NCBI GenBank assembly: GCA_035528905.1
Contig: DATKXU010000082.1
Span: 57,838 to 121,837, forward strand
DNA: 64,000 bases
DNA from: Armatimonadota bacterium
GTDB taxonomy: Bacteria; Armatimonadota; UBA5829; DTJY01
Reading direction: 5' to 3'
Shown: positions 47,360 through 57,400 of the stretch, one piece after another
How the letters are laid out: every line of letters begins with the position of its first letter
How positions within the stretch are numbered: position 1 is the stretch's first letter
Made by a program: the position numbers and the translations under genes
Notes under the pieces: generated by a model
The model's database searches: none
Told to the model about the DNA's origin: nothing
The model's input: only the letters and a program-made list of their open reading frames with translations

Positions 47360-47405
47360 CCGGGCTCTCGTCTGAGCCCGGAAGCTTTTTTCGACGAGAG
47401 CCCGG
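47360..47405. terminator. Bidirectional terminator-like nested hairpin (CCGGGCTC/GAGCCCGG followed by TTTTTT on the plus strand; 13-bp outer IR ccgggctctcgtc/gacgagagcccgg)
   Basis: Inner stem 47360-47367 / 47374-47381 then aagctttttt; outer 13-bp perfect inverted repeat 47360-47372 / 47393-47405. Confidence 0.5.
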
Positions 47406-47766
47406 CATAAGTTACCGATAGCGCGCTTCGCCATCTTTGCCTCCGAAGACGGTCCGATGCTGCGAAGCAGGCAGGTCTTCTGACTTCCGGATCAGCCGAT
47501 GTCCGGCTCCTTCCCAGAGCATCTTCGCCCCAAATCTGAGAGCTAGCTCCAGTGGTTTCTGCCGAACCCGTACCCGGTTACAGCGGCGGGCCCGTGACGG
47601 ACTTTCACCGTCTTCCCTCATCACCTCCCGACGCAATCCAGGGAGGCGCCTGCTCGCACGGATATTCAATTATCGAGAAGAGTCTACCACAGCGGAATTG
47701 GCCTGTCAAGCATCCTTGCAGACATTTTCAAGCAGCCGGGGAGCCAGCGCCGCTAGAATCCGTGCA

Positions 47767-48597
47767 CTAGAATCCCAGGATGAGCGTAACGTAGTAGTAG
47801 AAGAGAGGCGCGGCGAAGAGCAGGCTATCGAAGCGGTCGAGTATTCCCCCATGGCCGGGCAGAATGCTGCCGAAATCCTTTATGCCGAGGTCGCGCTTGA
47901 TGCCAGATTCGGCAAGGTCGCCAATCAGGCTGGCGACACCGATACCGATCCCCAGGACAGCGGCATTCGCCCAAGGCATCGCCATCGCTCTGCCCATTAT
48001 CAGGCTCATGAGGATCGAGGATGCGAATCCGGCAAATGTTCCCTCCCAGCTTTTTCCTGGGCTGAGGACTAGCGCGAGGCGATGGCGGCCCCATTTTCGC
48101 CCCACGAGGTACGCGCCGGTGTCGGCGGCCCACGCTGCGAAAACGACGAACAGCACCAGCCATGCGCCGCTCGGGACAGGCCAGGGAACCCCCCGCAAGT
48201 GGAAGCTGCCCTGTATGCTCCTTATCCCTACCAGATAGCTGAAAAGCCATCCGACGTAGACAGCGCCGAGGAACGTGCTGCCGAGGTTTTTGATCGGAGC
48301 GCGGTTCTTGCGAAGAAGCTCGATGGTCAGCGTAGCGATCACGAACACGGTCAGAACTCCAGGGAGGCTGAATCGCTCCGCGTGGAACTGGTGCCTGGCA
48401 GCAAAGAGGAAGAGGAAAGCGGAGGCAAGGCCGACCCATTCCTGGGGCTCGGCTCCGGTCTGGCGGACACCTCGATAGAACTCGTGCAGCCCGATGATGG
48501 AAATCAGCCCCACCCCCAGGATGAAGGGAAGGCCGTTTTCCACAAATACCAGAATGAGGAGGAGCGGTATGCCGATAAAGCCGCTTACAAATCGCAT
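47767..48597 (-). CDS. cdsA: Phosphatidate cytidylyltransferase
   Basis: Multi-TM protein with C-terminal CTP-transferase signature GIKDFGSILPGHGGILDRFDS. Confidence 0.88.
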   Translation of the reverse strand: MRFVSGFIGIPLLLILVFVENGLPFILGVGLISIIGLHEFYRGVRQTGAEPQEWVGLASAFLFLFAARHQFHAERFSLPGVLTVFVIATLTIELLRKNRAPIKNLGSTFLGAVYVGWLFSYLVGIRSIQGSFHLRGVPWPVPSGAWLVLFVVFAAWAADTGAYLVGRKWGRHRLALVLSPGKSWEGTFAGFASSILMSLIMGRAMAMPWANAAVLGIGIGVASLIGDLAESGIKRDLGIKDFGSILPGHGGILDRFDSLLFAAPLFYYYVTLILGF

Positions 48598-48739
48598 GAC
48601 CAACGCGCAGTACCTCCAACAGTGCGTTCCATCCGTCTCAAGCGGCATGGCAGCGGGCACATTATAGCACAGCTCAGCGTTGAAGGCAATGTAGTGCTTG
48701 GTCCTCGGTCCGTCGTCCTAGGTGGCTGGCATCCTTCCC

Positions 48740-48768
48740 TTTACTAGGACGCCTGCTTCTGCTACAAT
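48740..48768 (+). promoter_or_regulatory. Putative sigma70 promoter upstream of proS (TTTACT-N17-TACAAT)
   Basis: -35 at 48740-48745, 17-nt spacer, -10 at 48763-48768; leaves a ~130-nt leader. Confidence 0.35.
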
Positions 48769-48902
48769 TCGGTCAAGGCGTTCCGGGCGTCGTTACCAAA
48801 GAAGCATGGGGCAGCGTTCGGGATTTCCGGATACCGGCTGCCAGGGCGACCGAGCGGAAGGTTTCATCGCCGGCGGCTCAACTTCTGTAGAGGCATACGA
48901 CA

Positions 48903-50615
48903 TTGCGATATTCACGTCTCTTTGCACCCACACTGAGGGAGATTCCGGCGGATGTGGAAATGACAAGCCACCGCCTGCTGCTGCGCGCCGGGTTCATTCG
49001 CCAGACCGCTGCGGGGGTCTACAGCTTCCTGCCGCTCGGCTGGCGCGTTCTGGACAAGGTGTCAGACATCATCCGCGAGGAAATGAACCGCGCCGACGCG
49101 CAGGAATTGCTCCTGCCGGCTATCAACCCCCAGGAATTGTGGGCGGAGAGCGGCCGCGAGGCCACGATGCACGACGTACTCATCGGCTTCAAGGACCGTA
49201 AGGGCACGCAGTATTATCTCGGCCCTACCCATGAAGAGGTCATCACCGACCTTGTGCGGCACAGTGTACAGTCATATCGCGATCTGCCCCTGAACCTGTA
49301 CCAGATCCAGATGAAGTTCCGCGATGAGCCCCGTCCGCGCGGCGGATTGGTGCGAGCGCGCGAGTTCCTGATGAAGGACGCTTACTCTTTCCACACGGAC
49401 GAAGCAAGCCTGGATGCCACGTACATGCAGATGTACGACACGTACGCGGCAATCTTTCGGCGCTGTGGGCTAAATACGATCGCTGTAGACGCAAGCGCCG
49501 GCGCTATCGGCGGCAAGGAGACGAAGGAGTTCATGCTCCTGACTGAGTCCGGCGAGGATGCCATCCTCCTATGCCCATCCTGCGGATATGCGGCGAACCA
49601 GGAGATCGCCGATTTCCGCATCGTCATCCCGGAGCCGGCGGAAGCCCCAAAACCAAAGGCCAAAGTGGACACGCCGGGAGCGCACACCGTCGAGCAGGTA
49701 TGCGACTTCCTGCACGCGTTCCCCGAAAGGCTTGTGAAGACGCTGATCTACATGGCCGATGGCAAACCGGTAGCAGCGTTGATCCGAGGCGATCACGAGC
49801 TGAACGAGGGACGCTTCCGCGTCCTTCTGGGCGCGGCACAACTGGAGATGGCTGCACCTGAGCAGATACAGGAGGCGACCGGCGGCCCGATGGGATTCAG
49901 CGGCCCTGTGGGTCTGAAAGTTCCCATGTACGGAGACGAGGAGCTTCGCGGCATGGTGAACTTCGTCACCGGAGCCAACGAGACGGATGCGCACCTAGTT
50001 AATGTCAACTGGTCGGATATCGAAGGCGAGATCGCGTGGGCGCGGCTCAGGCTCGCGGGCGCAGGTGACATCTGCCCGACTTGCGAGACGCCTTTCGAGG
50101 AGCACAGGGGCATGGAGCTGGGACACATCTTCAAGCTGCGCTATGCGATTTCCGAGCCGCTGAATGCAACTTTCACCGACGAGGACGGCAGCGAGAAGCT
50201 GATCATCATGGGCTGCTACGGCATCGGAGTGAGCCGAATTCCGGCCGGCGTCGCCGAGGCGAGCAACGACGAAAACGGGCTTATCTGGCCGATGAGCATT
50301 GCTCCGTTCCAGGTGCATGTCATCGCCGCAAACGTGACGGACGAAGCCCAGCGTGCGCTGGCCGAGCGCGTTTACCAAGACCTCTGCGAGGCGGGCATCG
50401 AGGTGCTCTACGACGACCGCGAGGAGCGGGCAGGCGTCAAGTTCAACGACGCCGACCTAATCGGCGTGCCCCTGCAGATCGTCGTGGGTAAGACCGCTGC
50501 GGAGGGGAAAGTCGAGATCCGCGACCGCGCGACCAAGACCCCCGAGATCGTCCCCGCTGACGAGGCAGTAGCGAACATCGGCAGGCGAATCAAGCAGCAC
50601 CTCGAAGCCCGGTAA
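48903..50615 (+). CDS. proS: Proline--tRNA ligase (bacterial type, with INS editing domain)
   Basis: Class II aaRS motifs; N-terminal MRYSRLFAPTLREIP...; 570 aa is consistent with the bacterial form carrying the editing insertion. Confidence 0.96.
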   Translation: MRYSRLFAPTLREIPADVEMTSHRLLLRAGFIRQTAAGVYSFLPLGWRVLDKVSDIIREEMNRADAQELLLPAINPQELWAESGREATMHDVLIGFKDRKGTQYYLGPTHEEVITDLVRHSVQSYRDLPLNLYQIQMKFRDEPRPRGGLVRAREFLMKDAYSFHTDEASLDATYMQMYDTYAAIFRRCGLNTIAVDASAGAIGGKETKEFMLLTESGEDAILLCPSCGYAANQEIADFRIVIPEPAEAPKPKAKVDTPGAHTVEQVCDFLHAFPERLVKTLIYMADGKPVAALIRGDHELNEGRFRVLLGAAQLEMAAPEQIQEATGGPMGFSGPVGLKVPMYGDEELRGMVNFVTGANETDAHLVNVNWSDIEGEIAWARLRLAGAGDICPTCETPFEEHRGMELGHIFKLRYAISEPLNATFTDEDGSEKLIIMGCYGIGVSRIPAGVAEASNDENGLIWPMSIAPFQVHVIAANVTDEAQRALAERVYQDLCEAGIEVLYDDREERAGVKFNDADLIGVPLQIVVGKTAAEGKVEIRDRATKTPEIVPADEAVANIGRRIKQHLEAR

Positions 50616-50968
50616 AGAACGTAACGGAAAACCAACTGCCTGCGCACGACCATCTCCGCTGCTCCGACAGTCGCCTGGCGCGCTGCCTGATCGGAGGCAG
50701 GAATAGACTCTCCTCTGTACTCCCCGATGGCTTATCTTGCTTCCCGCCGCGTGTAACCAATCTCCCGCGAATGCCACGATCCCTACACAACAGCAAACCC
50801 TTTCCAGCCAACCCTACATTCCGCCCATCTGTAAAAATTACGGGAATTTTCCCCTAAACCGGCTCATTTGGCCCGGAACTTGCAACTACACCCGGTAGGT
50901 CAAGCGCTGTGCAAGCAAGTTTCAGAGCTGGCACGGCAATCCTGACCTGCGAAAGGGTGGTAGTTCTG

Positions 50969-51691
50969 ATGTTGTTACGTCGTCTTGTGATCCTATCCTT
51001 GTGCCTGCTGTTGCTGTCTGTCGCAGCGGCAGAGGCAGCAAAGGTGCGAATGCCACCAGGCTCGTTCCTGACGAAGCCCGTCGGCAGTCCGAGCGAGCTC
51101 GCCAATCTTGTTCAGACGGACAAGGTCGTTGCACAGCGGTTTTCGAAGCACTTTGGCATGGATCCCTCCTCTCTGGCCGAGTACTTCAGGGATAACCTGA
51201 AGTTGACCACGCTGGCCAAGTCGGGCCAATACAGAGTGTACTTCATTACGAAAGGCGGAAAAATCACCCTGCATAAGAAGAGGCTGAAGGCCGGTACGAA
51301 GATGTTCGTGGCGTGGAACGGCCAGTTGATCCTCGAGGGGAGATGCGGCAACCCGATGACTAAGACCCTGCCGCAGCGACCGAAAGTTTCAGTGGTTCCA
51401 GAGCCGCCTCCAACTACCCCGCTAGCTCCGACTGCTGTGGTGGAACCGGTACAGGTTGAAATTCCACCGCTGGCGCCTGAACCCGAGGTGGAAGTTCTGG
51501 CTGAGCCTCCGATCGAACTGGTGACAGCTCCGGCAGCGCGATGGCTTCTCCCCGCACTGCTGGGAGCGGGTGCGATCGGCGCACTGGGCGGAGGAGGCGG
51601 TGGCGAGCCGGTTCCCGAGCCTACAGGGCTGCTTGTGCTGAGCCTTGGCGGAGCGAGTCTGTTCTTTTACTCCTGCAAGCGGCGGCGCTGA
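50969..51691 (+). CDS. PEP-CTERM sorting-domain protein
   Basis: Signal peptide (LLRRLVILSLCLLLLSVAAA); Pro-rich linker; C-terminal PVPEPTGLLVLSLGGASLFFYSCKRRR. Start set at ATG 50969. Confidence 0.7.
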   Translation: MLLRRLVILSLCLLLLSVAAAEAAKVRMPPGSFLTKPVGSPSELANLVQTDKVVAQRFSKHFGMDPSSLAEYFRDNLKLTTLAKSGQYRVYFITKGGKITLHKKRLKAGTKMFVAWNGQLILEGRCGNPMTKTLPQRPKVSVVPEPPPTTPLAPTAVVEPVQVEIPPLAPEPEVEVLAEPPIELVTAPAARWLLPALLGAGAIGALGGGGGGEPVPEPTGLLVLSLGGASLFFYSCKRRR

Positions 51692-51760
51692 GCATTCAAG
51701 CGCTCGCGGGCAAGAGAGACGAAACAAGAACGAGAAGCATGAGAGAGGTATGAGAGTAGC

Positions 51761-52435
51761 ATGAAGAAGTTGTTGGTTTACGCGAGAATTTATCTACTGG
51801 TTGGGCTGTTGCTTGCGCTGACCATTCCTGCCCAGGCAGTGTCCTGGAACGCGGCAATAACCCAGGGATTGACTTCCGTGGACGTTCTCTGGGATCCGCC
51901 GGCCAGTACGTATACGTGGACGCTGAATAACCTGAGCGGCACGCCCGATTGCCCGTACCCGGACGAGACTGTGCTGGTCTGGTCGCTTCAGCCGTTCAAC
52001 GTACGTGAGCCGGCTGCAACTACTCCGCCGCCGGGATGGACCTGGGATGATTCCTCCGGCGCATGGCAGTGCTACGAGATAGAAAACGAGCCCGACAAAT
52101 ACTACACACCGCCCGCCATCGAACCGGGTGGCTCGCTGACGTTTATCTACGTCTGCGACCCCAGCGGAAGCATGATCAATCCCTTCCCTCCGGATTACGA
52201 GGGCGACCCGATAAACGACATCGGCTTTATCTCACACGTAGCCGCTGTCGTCCCCAGGACGGAGCCGATAGACTACAACCTCCCCTGGGTTCCCGCTGAA
52301 TCCCAGTATGGAGACACTTGGTACGACCGTTCGGACTACACCACCACTGTCGTCCCTGAACCCGCCAGCGCAACAGCGCTGGGAGCCTTCGGGATACCGC
52401 TGGTCTTAGCCTTCCTCAGGCGCAGACGCAGTTAA
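51761..52435 (+). CDS. PEP-CTERM sorting-domain protein
   Basis: Signal peptide MKKLLVYARIYLLVGLLLALTIPAQA; C-terminal VPEPASATALGAFGIPLVLAFLRRRRS. Confidence 0.75.
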   Translation: MKKLLVYARIYLLVGLLLALTIPAQAVSWNAAITQGLTSVDVLWDPPASTYTWTLNNLSGTPDCPYPDETVLVWSLQPFNVREPAATTPPPGWTWDDSSGAWQCYEIENEPDKYYTPPAIEPGGSLTFIYVCDPSGSMINPFPPDYEGDPINDIGFISHVAAVVPRTEPIDYNLPWVPAESQYGDTWYDRSDYTTTVVPEPASATALGAFGIPLVLAFLRRRRS

Positions 52436-52657
52436 TTGATCGTCGGTGCGCTCCCGTGGGGAGCGCACTGTCTAGCGAAACGGGGCACCTTCCGGCACGC
52501 GGTACAAAGCGGTTTCAGAGCCGCGCTACGGGCGGGTACAATCGGACTGAGTATTGTACCGGAAATGTCCGAGACGTGGCGTCCCGCTCCGGAAGACCTC
52601 CGGCAGTGAAGCAGGATTGATCCTGTATCACTGCCCGAACACAGGAGGTACGGTGCC

Positions 52658-53839
52658 ATGTTCCGCACAAGATTATCAACAATTGCGCTTACGGCGTCCC
52701 TCATCATTTCCCTCGTCGTGCTGCAAGCTGCGGTCCCACTCCCTGTCCACAGCGACGAAGATGCGAGAAAGCATGAGATTGAGATGGGACGGGAGGCTGC
52801 AGCCGAGGTCGAGAAGGAAAACAAACTCGTAACCGACCCCCAGATGAACGAGCGAGTTAACACGATAGGCCAAAGGATTGCGGCTGTGGCGAACTCGGAG
52901 CCCGTGCCGGCGACCTATGGCAGGCCGGACGTCTACCGATTCGACTACAAGTTCAAGGTCATTGATGACAACAGCGTAAATGCCTTCTCGCTCCCTGGCG
53001 GCCTCGTCTACGTGCACACGGGTCTCCTGAACTACGTGCAGTCGGATCATGAGCTGGCAGGCGTACTTGCCCACGAGATCGCCCACGCATCTCACCATCA
53101 TGTAGCCCAACTGCTGAAGCAGCAGAGCAGACTTGACGCGCAGATGGCGTTTGTCCTGCTGGCAGGCGTGGTGACCGGGGTAGACACGGAGGATCTGGGC
53201 AACCTGCTGATCGGCGCGCAGCTCGTGAGAATTGCGAGAGGCAGTCGCTACGGCCAGAAGGCTGAGGCGGACGCAGACGCGACAGCCGTGATCTATGTCG
53301 AGAAAGCCGGCTACAACCCGGTGGGAACCCTCACTTTCCTGGAACGGCTCGCCAGCGACTACGCCAACGGGCCGAACCTGGACATGGGCATAATGCAAAC
53401 ACACCCGGCAACCCGCGCCCGCAGCAAGTCCGTCCTGGGTCAGATAAGGTCGCTGGGTCTCCCGGTCAACAGGCGTGCGGTCGCGGACGCGCTGAAGGCC
53501 AAGACCGAGCAGGTTACCGTGGAAGGCCAACCGATCACCCAGGTGAAGCTGGGGGACAACGTGCTGTTTGAGCCGGCGCCGATAGACGATGCGGTCACTT
53601 CCGAACAGCGGGCGGAGGCCATCGCGACGAAGGTCAACCAGCTTTTGGATTCCGAGCCTCTGCTGCGGGAAGTAGCTCTCAGCTCAGACGGGCGAACGGT
53701 GCTCGCCCGCGGCGAGCCGATCATAGTGGTGACGGCCCAGGACAGCAGCCTTTACCAAAAGCCTGTCAGCGAGGTGGCAGCACAAGCCGCGGCCGTATTG
53801 AAGCATGCGATCTGGCAGGAAATGATACACAGACTGTAG
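52658..53839 (+). CDS. Secreted M48-family zinc metallopeptidase
   Basis: Signal peptide; HEIAHASHHH (HExxH) plus downstream Glu of the M48/HtpX-BepA-like fold. Confidence 0.85.
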   Translation: MFRTRLSTIALTASLIISLVVLQAAVPLPVHSDEDARKHEIEMGREAAAEVEKENKLVTDPQMNERVNTIGQRIAAVANSEPVPATYGRPDVYRFDYKFKVIDDNSVNAFSLPGGLVYVHTGLLNYVQSDHELAGVLAHEIAHASHHHVAQLLKQQSRLDAQMAFVLLAGVVTGVDTEDLGNLLIGAQLVRIARGSRYGQKAEADADATAVIYVEKAGYNPVGTLTFLERLASDYANGPNLDMGIMQTHPATRARSKSVLGQIRSLGLPVNRRAVADALKAKTEQVTVEGQPITQVKLGDNVLFEPAPIDDAVTSEQRAEAIATKVNQLLDSEPLLREVALSSDGRTVLARGEPIIVVTAQDSSLYQKPVSEVAAQAAAVLKHAIWQEMIHRL

Positions 53840-53963
53840 CGCCCACAGCGATTCGCAAGCAGGTTGGGACATTCTCTCGCTCCCTCGGTCTCCCCATCGC
53901 CCATTCTCCCAGTCGCCCCGTCGCCTGCGCGTTTAGGCCTGAGCGACTTGGGGTACACATGCC

Positions 53964-53999
53964 ACCGGCAGGCCAGCAAGCCAACATACCTGCCGGTTT
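53964..53999 (+). terminator. Intrinsic terminator after the M48 peptidase gene (CCGGCAGG / CCTGCCGG stem followed by TTTT)
   Basis: Stem 53964-53971 / 53988-53995 with 16-nt loop, T-tract 53996-53999. Confidence 0.6.
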
Positions 54000-54035
54000 T
54001 CCACATTGACAACCCATCTATTGGAGGAATCAGAC

Positions 54036-54437
54036 ATGGCCGAGTTTGTAAATCCGTTTTCCGGTGCAGTGCCACGCAAGATGACGCAGAGCGAGCTGGC
54101 GCGGGCAATCCTGCTCGACATCGCCGCAGAGCTGGAGGCCGTCCATCTTTACCTGGCCCACATGGACGCCACAGACAATGAAGACGCGAAAAAGGTGCTG
54201 TATGACATAGCGCTCGAGGAGTACGTCCACGTTGGGGAGTTCACTAGCGTCCTATATCGGCTGGACCCAACCGCTGCGACGAAGGCACAGGAGGGCTTTG
54301 CGGAAGTGCAGGACTTGCTCGCCGGCCGCGCCCCGGCTGAGGTGACTACGACGACCGAGACTGCGTCCGTAGAGAAACCCCAAACACCGGCGCCCGAGGG
54401 CCTCACCGTCGGCAGCCTGATTGGAGCCGAGCAGTAG
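54036..54437 (+). CDS. Ferritin-like protein of the EncFtn type with putative C-terminal encapsulin cargo-loading peptide
   Basis: Two ExxH di-iron half-sites (AELEAVHLY, EEYVHVGEF) in the EncFtn pattern (compare EELEAVDWY...EEKEHAAM); flexible Ala/Thr/Pro linker; C-terminal EGLTVGSLIGAEQ resembles the targeting consensus (SLGIGSLK / LTVGSL). Start set at ATG 54036, preceded by GGAGGA. Confidence 0.55.
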   Translation: MAEFVNPFSGAVPRKMTQSELARAILLDIAAELEAVHLYLAHMDATDNEDAKKVLYDIALEEYVHVGEFTSVLYRLDPTAATKAQEGFAEVQDLLAGRAPAEVTTTTETASVEKPQTPAPEGLTVGSLIGAEQ

Positions 54438-54466
54438 CAAGAGGAGCAGCGGCCGGCTGCCAGCTG

Positions 54467-57400
54467 CTACTCCGCCTTCTCAACGGTAATCGCCATGACC
54501 TTGATGGCCGGATTATTCGGCAGAGACAGAGATGTCAGCTCGGCTTTGGAATCCACCGAGAGAACGTAGTGGTTCAGGTAGCACGCCTGGCCTCGTTGGT
54601 CCGCGTCCGGCGAATGCCGGTGCAGGCAGACGAAAGCAGGATGCTCCCCGTGCTTCGGCGCTTCGTTCCACGCGCTGAACTGAACCGTCGAAGCGGCCTT
54701 GCTCCCATTGTACGTCAAAGCAAACTCGCCGGTCGTGTCCTGCGTCGCCAGCGCCAGAACGTGGACAGCCGCATACCGGCCGGGCTTCAGCACGACCGAC
54801 TGGCCCTTGCAAGATACGGCGTTCTTCGCCCCGTCGGCCTTGGACGGGTACCTGAACGATATCCGCCTCGATGATTCCAGGCCTGCGCCCTGAGCGGATG
54901 TCCAGAGCCCGCACGGCCACAACTTGTCAGGAGCAGCAACCGCAGTTACCTGCGGAGGAATAAACTCCGCGGCAAGGCTGAGGCCGGCACCATCCGCATC
55001 TCCGTCCGCCCGGTTCGCATCGAAGCTGACCACATCCGAGTCGAACAGTTGCGTCAAGTCCTGCACCGCCAACTTGCCATTTGTGACTTTCACAGGCACG
55101 ACGAGGATATCGCCGCCGCGCGTATTCGCCGAGGTCGAGACCCATTTGTCTCCGTGGGCGAGATCCCACACCAGGTAGTACTGGCCGTCGTATGGGGGCG
55201 GCGTCACAGAGGCTTTCACGATAACCCGCTCGCCCGGACGCACATCCGTCGGCAGCCGCGTCTTTGCGCCATCCCAGATGGCTTCTATCCCATCCAGGTA
55301 GTACCAGTGGTATCCGACGCTGAATTCGGCCTTGGTCCAGACATCCGCTCCCGCGTTCTCGATGGTGAGGCTGACCTTGCACTGCCTGCCCGCCGGCATC
55401 TCTCCTGGGCTGTCGTTCGCGACAAACCTCGGGCCGTAGTCATCCGCGAGTACCTTCACTGCCTCCTGGCCGAAGCGCACCGGAACGCACTGGCCGTCCG
55501 CCTGAACCATTTCCCAGGAGAGGACATAGGTCCACAGATCGTTCTGTGTCCACACGGGAATCGGTGCGCCGTCCTGGCTTGCGACTTTCACAGGCACGGT
55601 TAACTCGATCGCCCGGCCAGGCTCCAAGTCCGCCGCCAAATCCGCAGTGCCTGCGCATCCCGGCAGGCTCTCAACCGAATCCTCGGAATCCTTGCTCAGG
55701 TGGACGGATGCCTTCCGCCAGCGATAGCCCAGCTTCAGGTCGCCCGCCTTCCAAGTGGCGGCGCCGTCGTTTCTGAGCTTCACACTGACATCGTACGCCC
55801 CACCGGACTTCACGAGCGTGGGCAGCGTCGAACCAACCAGGCTGAAGCCAACGGCGGGCGCCGTGCCTATCTTTACCGGCACACACAGGGGCACGTCTCC
55901 GCCGTTTGAGAACCACTCATCGCGCGAGCGGACAAGTTCCCATCGAAGCTCGTAGTCACCCTCAGGGAGGGGCTTGCCATCCTGGTCAGCAGATCGAATG
56001 CCAATCGTCTTTTCCAGCACATGCCCCGCGAGAACAGTCTCCTGAAGCGGCAGCCGTGCCCCAGAGTCGGCAAACAGAGTACCATCCTTGAACCACCGGC
56101 CGGCAAGGAATACGCCTTGCAGTCCGGGATACCATGGCCTTGTGCCAGCATTCTTAACTGCCAGCGTCACCTGATAAAGCGCCCCGGGCGGCATCACAGA
56201 TGGCGTATTGTGCTTGAGGAACTTCGCATCATACGCCCGCATGCCGTTGAAGCGGAGCATGTTGATCTTGGTCAGGCTGACGTACTGGTTGCCATACTCG
56301 CTGCTGGGACAGATGTCGCTTCCCTCGTGAAGCTCATTCCAGCCGTCCACGATCACCCAGTCGGGCGCCTTCTCAATCAGGGCATCCCAGTCTTTCTTGT
56401 ACGTATCCCCGCCCACTCTGGACCGCATCGGCGTCCCAAGCCGGACAGCCGAATCTTCGTATCCTGCTCCAACTCCGGCAATGCGTATCCAGCCGGTCTC
56501 ATCGAACTGCAAGCCCAATCCTGCTCCGTAGTTCGAGTATCCATCCATTACAGCCGCCTTGGGCCGGAAGTCCGAATGGCCGATCCAGATGAGCTTGCTC
56601 CCGTCGAAATCCTTCGCAAACCGCTCGCCGCAATACTCCACGAAGCCAGCGTCCAGATCGCTGAACCGCGAAGCCGTGTACAAGACCACAATATAGGCCG
56701 GCTGTCCGCCCCTCTCCAGGGGAAGTTGAACGGCCGCCCGGAACTCGTCCGGCACCTGGAGGAAGAAATCCTTGATCATGCCGTAAAAGGTCTCCTTGAC
56801 CTCGGCGTCCTTCAGGTCGGGCGTGCCCCCGTATTGAACCCACATGCCGCTTGTATCGTTGAACATTGCCACAAGAGGGTAGCTCTTGCCCTCGGCTTTC
56901 AACTCCTTCAAAGCCTGCACCATGCAATTCAGGCCCTTCGAGGCAAACTGTTTTTTGGTGGCGGCCGCTCCCCAGTATACGGGGATTACCACGTCTATTC
57001 CGGCGTTACTGATATTGGTAAGCTGGTCCTTATGCCACTGCATACGGTCGTGTGAGAACCAAGGGCCGACTCCTTCGAGAGGGTGGTCGGTGAGCTCGCT
57101 ATGTCCATCCATATCGCGCACGTGGCTGAACGGAGCTTCGCGGCGCTCGTCGGCCTGGTACCAGTAGAAGTAGTGGGTCAGCGCGAGCTTCTCGATCATC
57201 AATCTCTTCCCTGACACGACACCGGGCGGCTCAGGTTTGGTCACCTGGAAGCGCATATCCCGAATCCACTCACCCGGACCAAGGTTCCCATCAACAAGCG
57301 GCGCCCTGCGAGTGACCTTACGGCAGACGATAGCGCTGTCTTGCCGGGCGATTATAGTAGGAGTATCCACGAACTTTACAGTCCCCCACTTTGCGGGGAC

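Noticed and set aside
48661-48902. T-box riboswitch leader upstream of proS
   Set aside because: The ~130-240-nt leader lacks the conserved T-box motif (AAnnnGGGTGGnACCGCG) and a specifier/antiterminator arrangement I could recognise.
50880-50910. TGGCACGGCAATCCTGA upstream of the PEP-CTERM gene considered as a sigma54 (-24/-12) promoter
   Set aside because: The spacing and the -12 element do not fit the TGGCAC-N5-TTGCW consensus.
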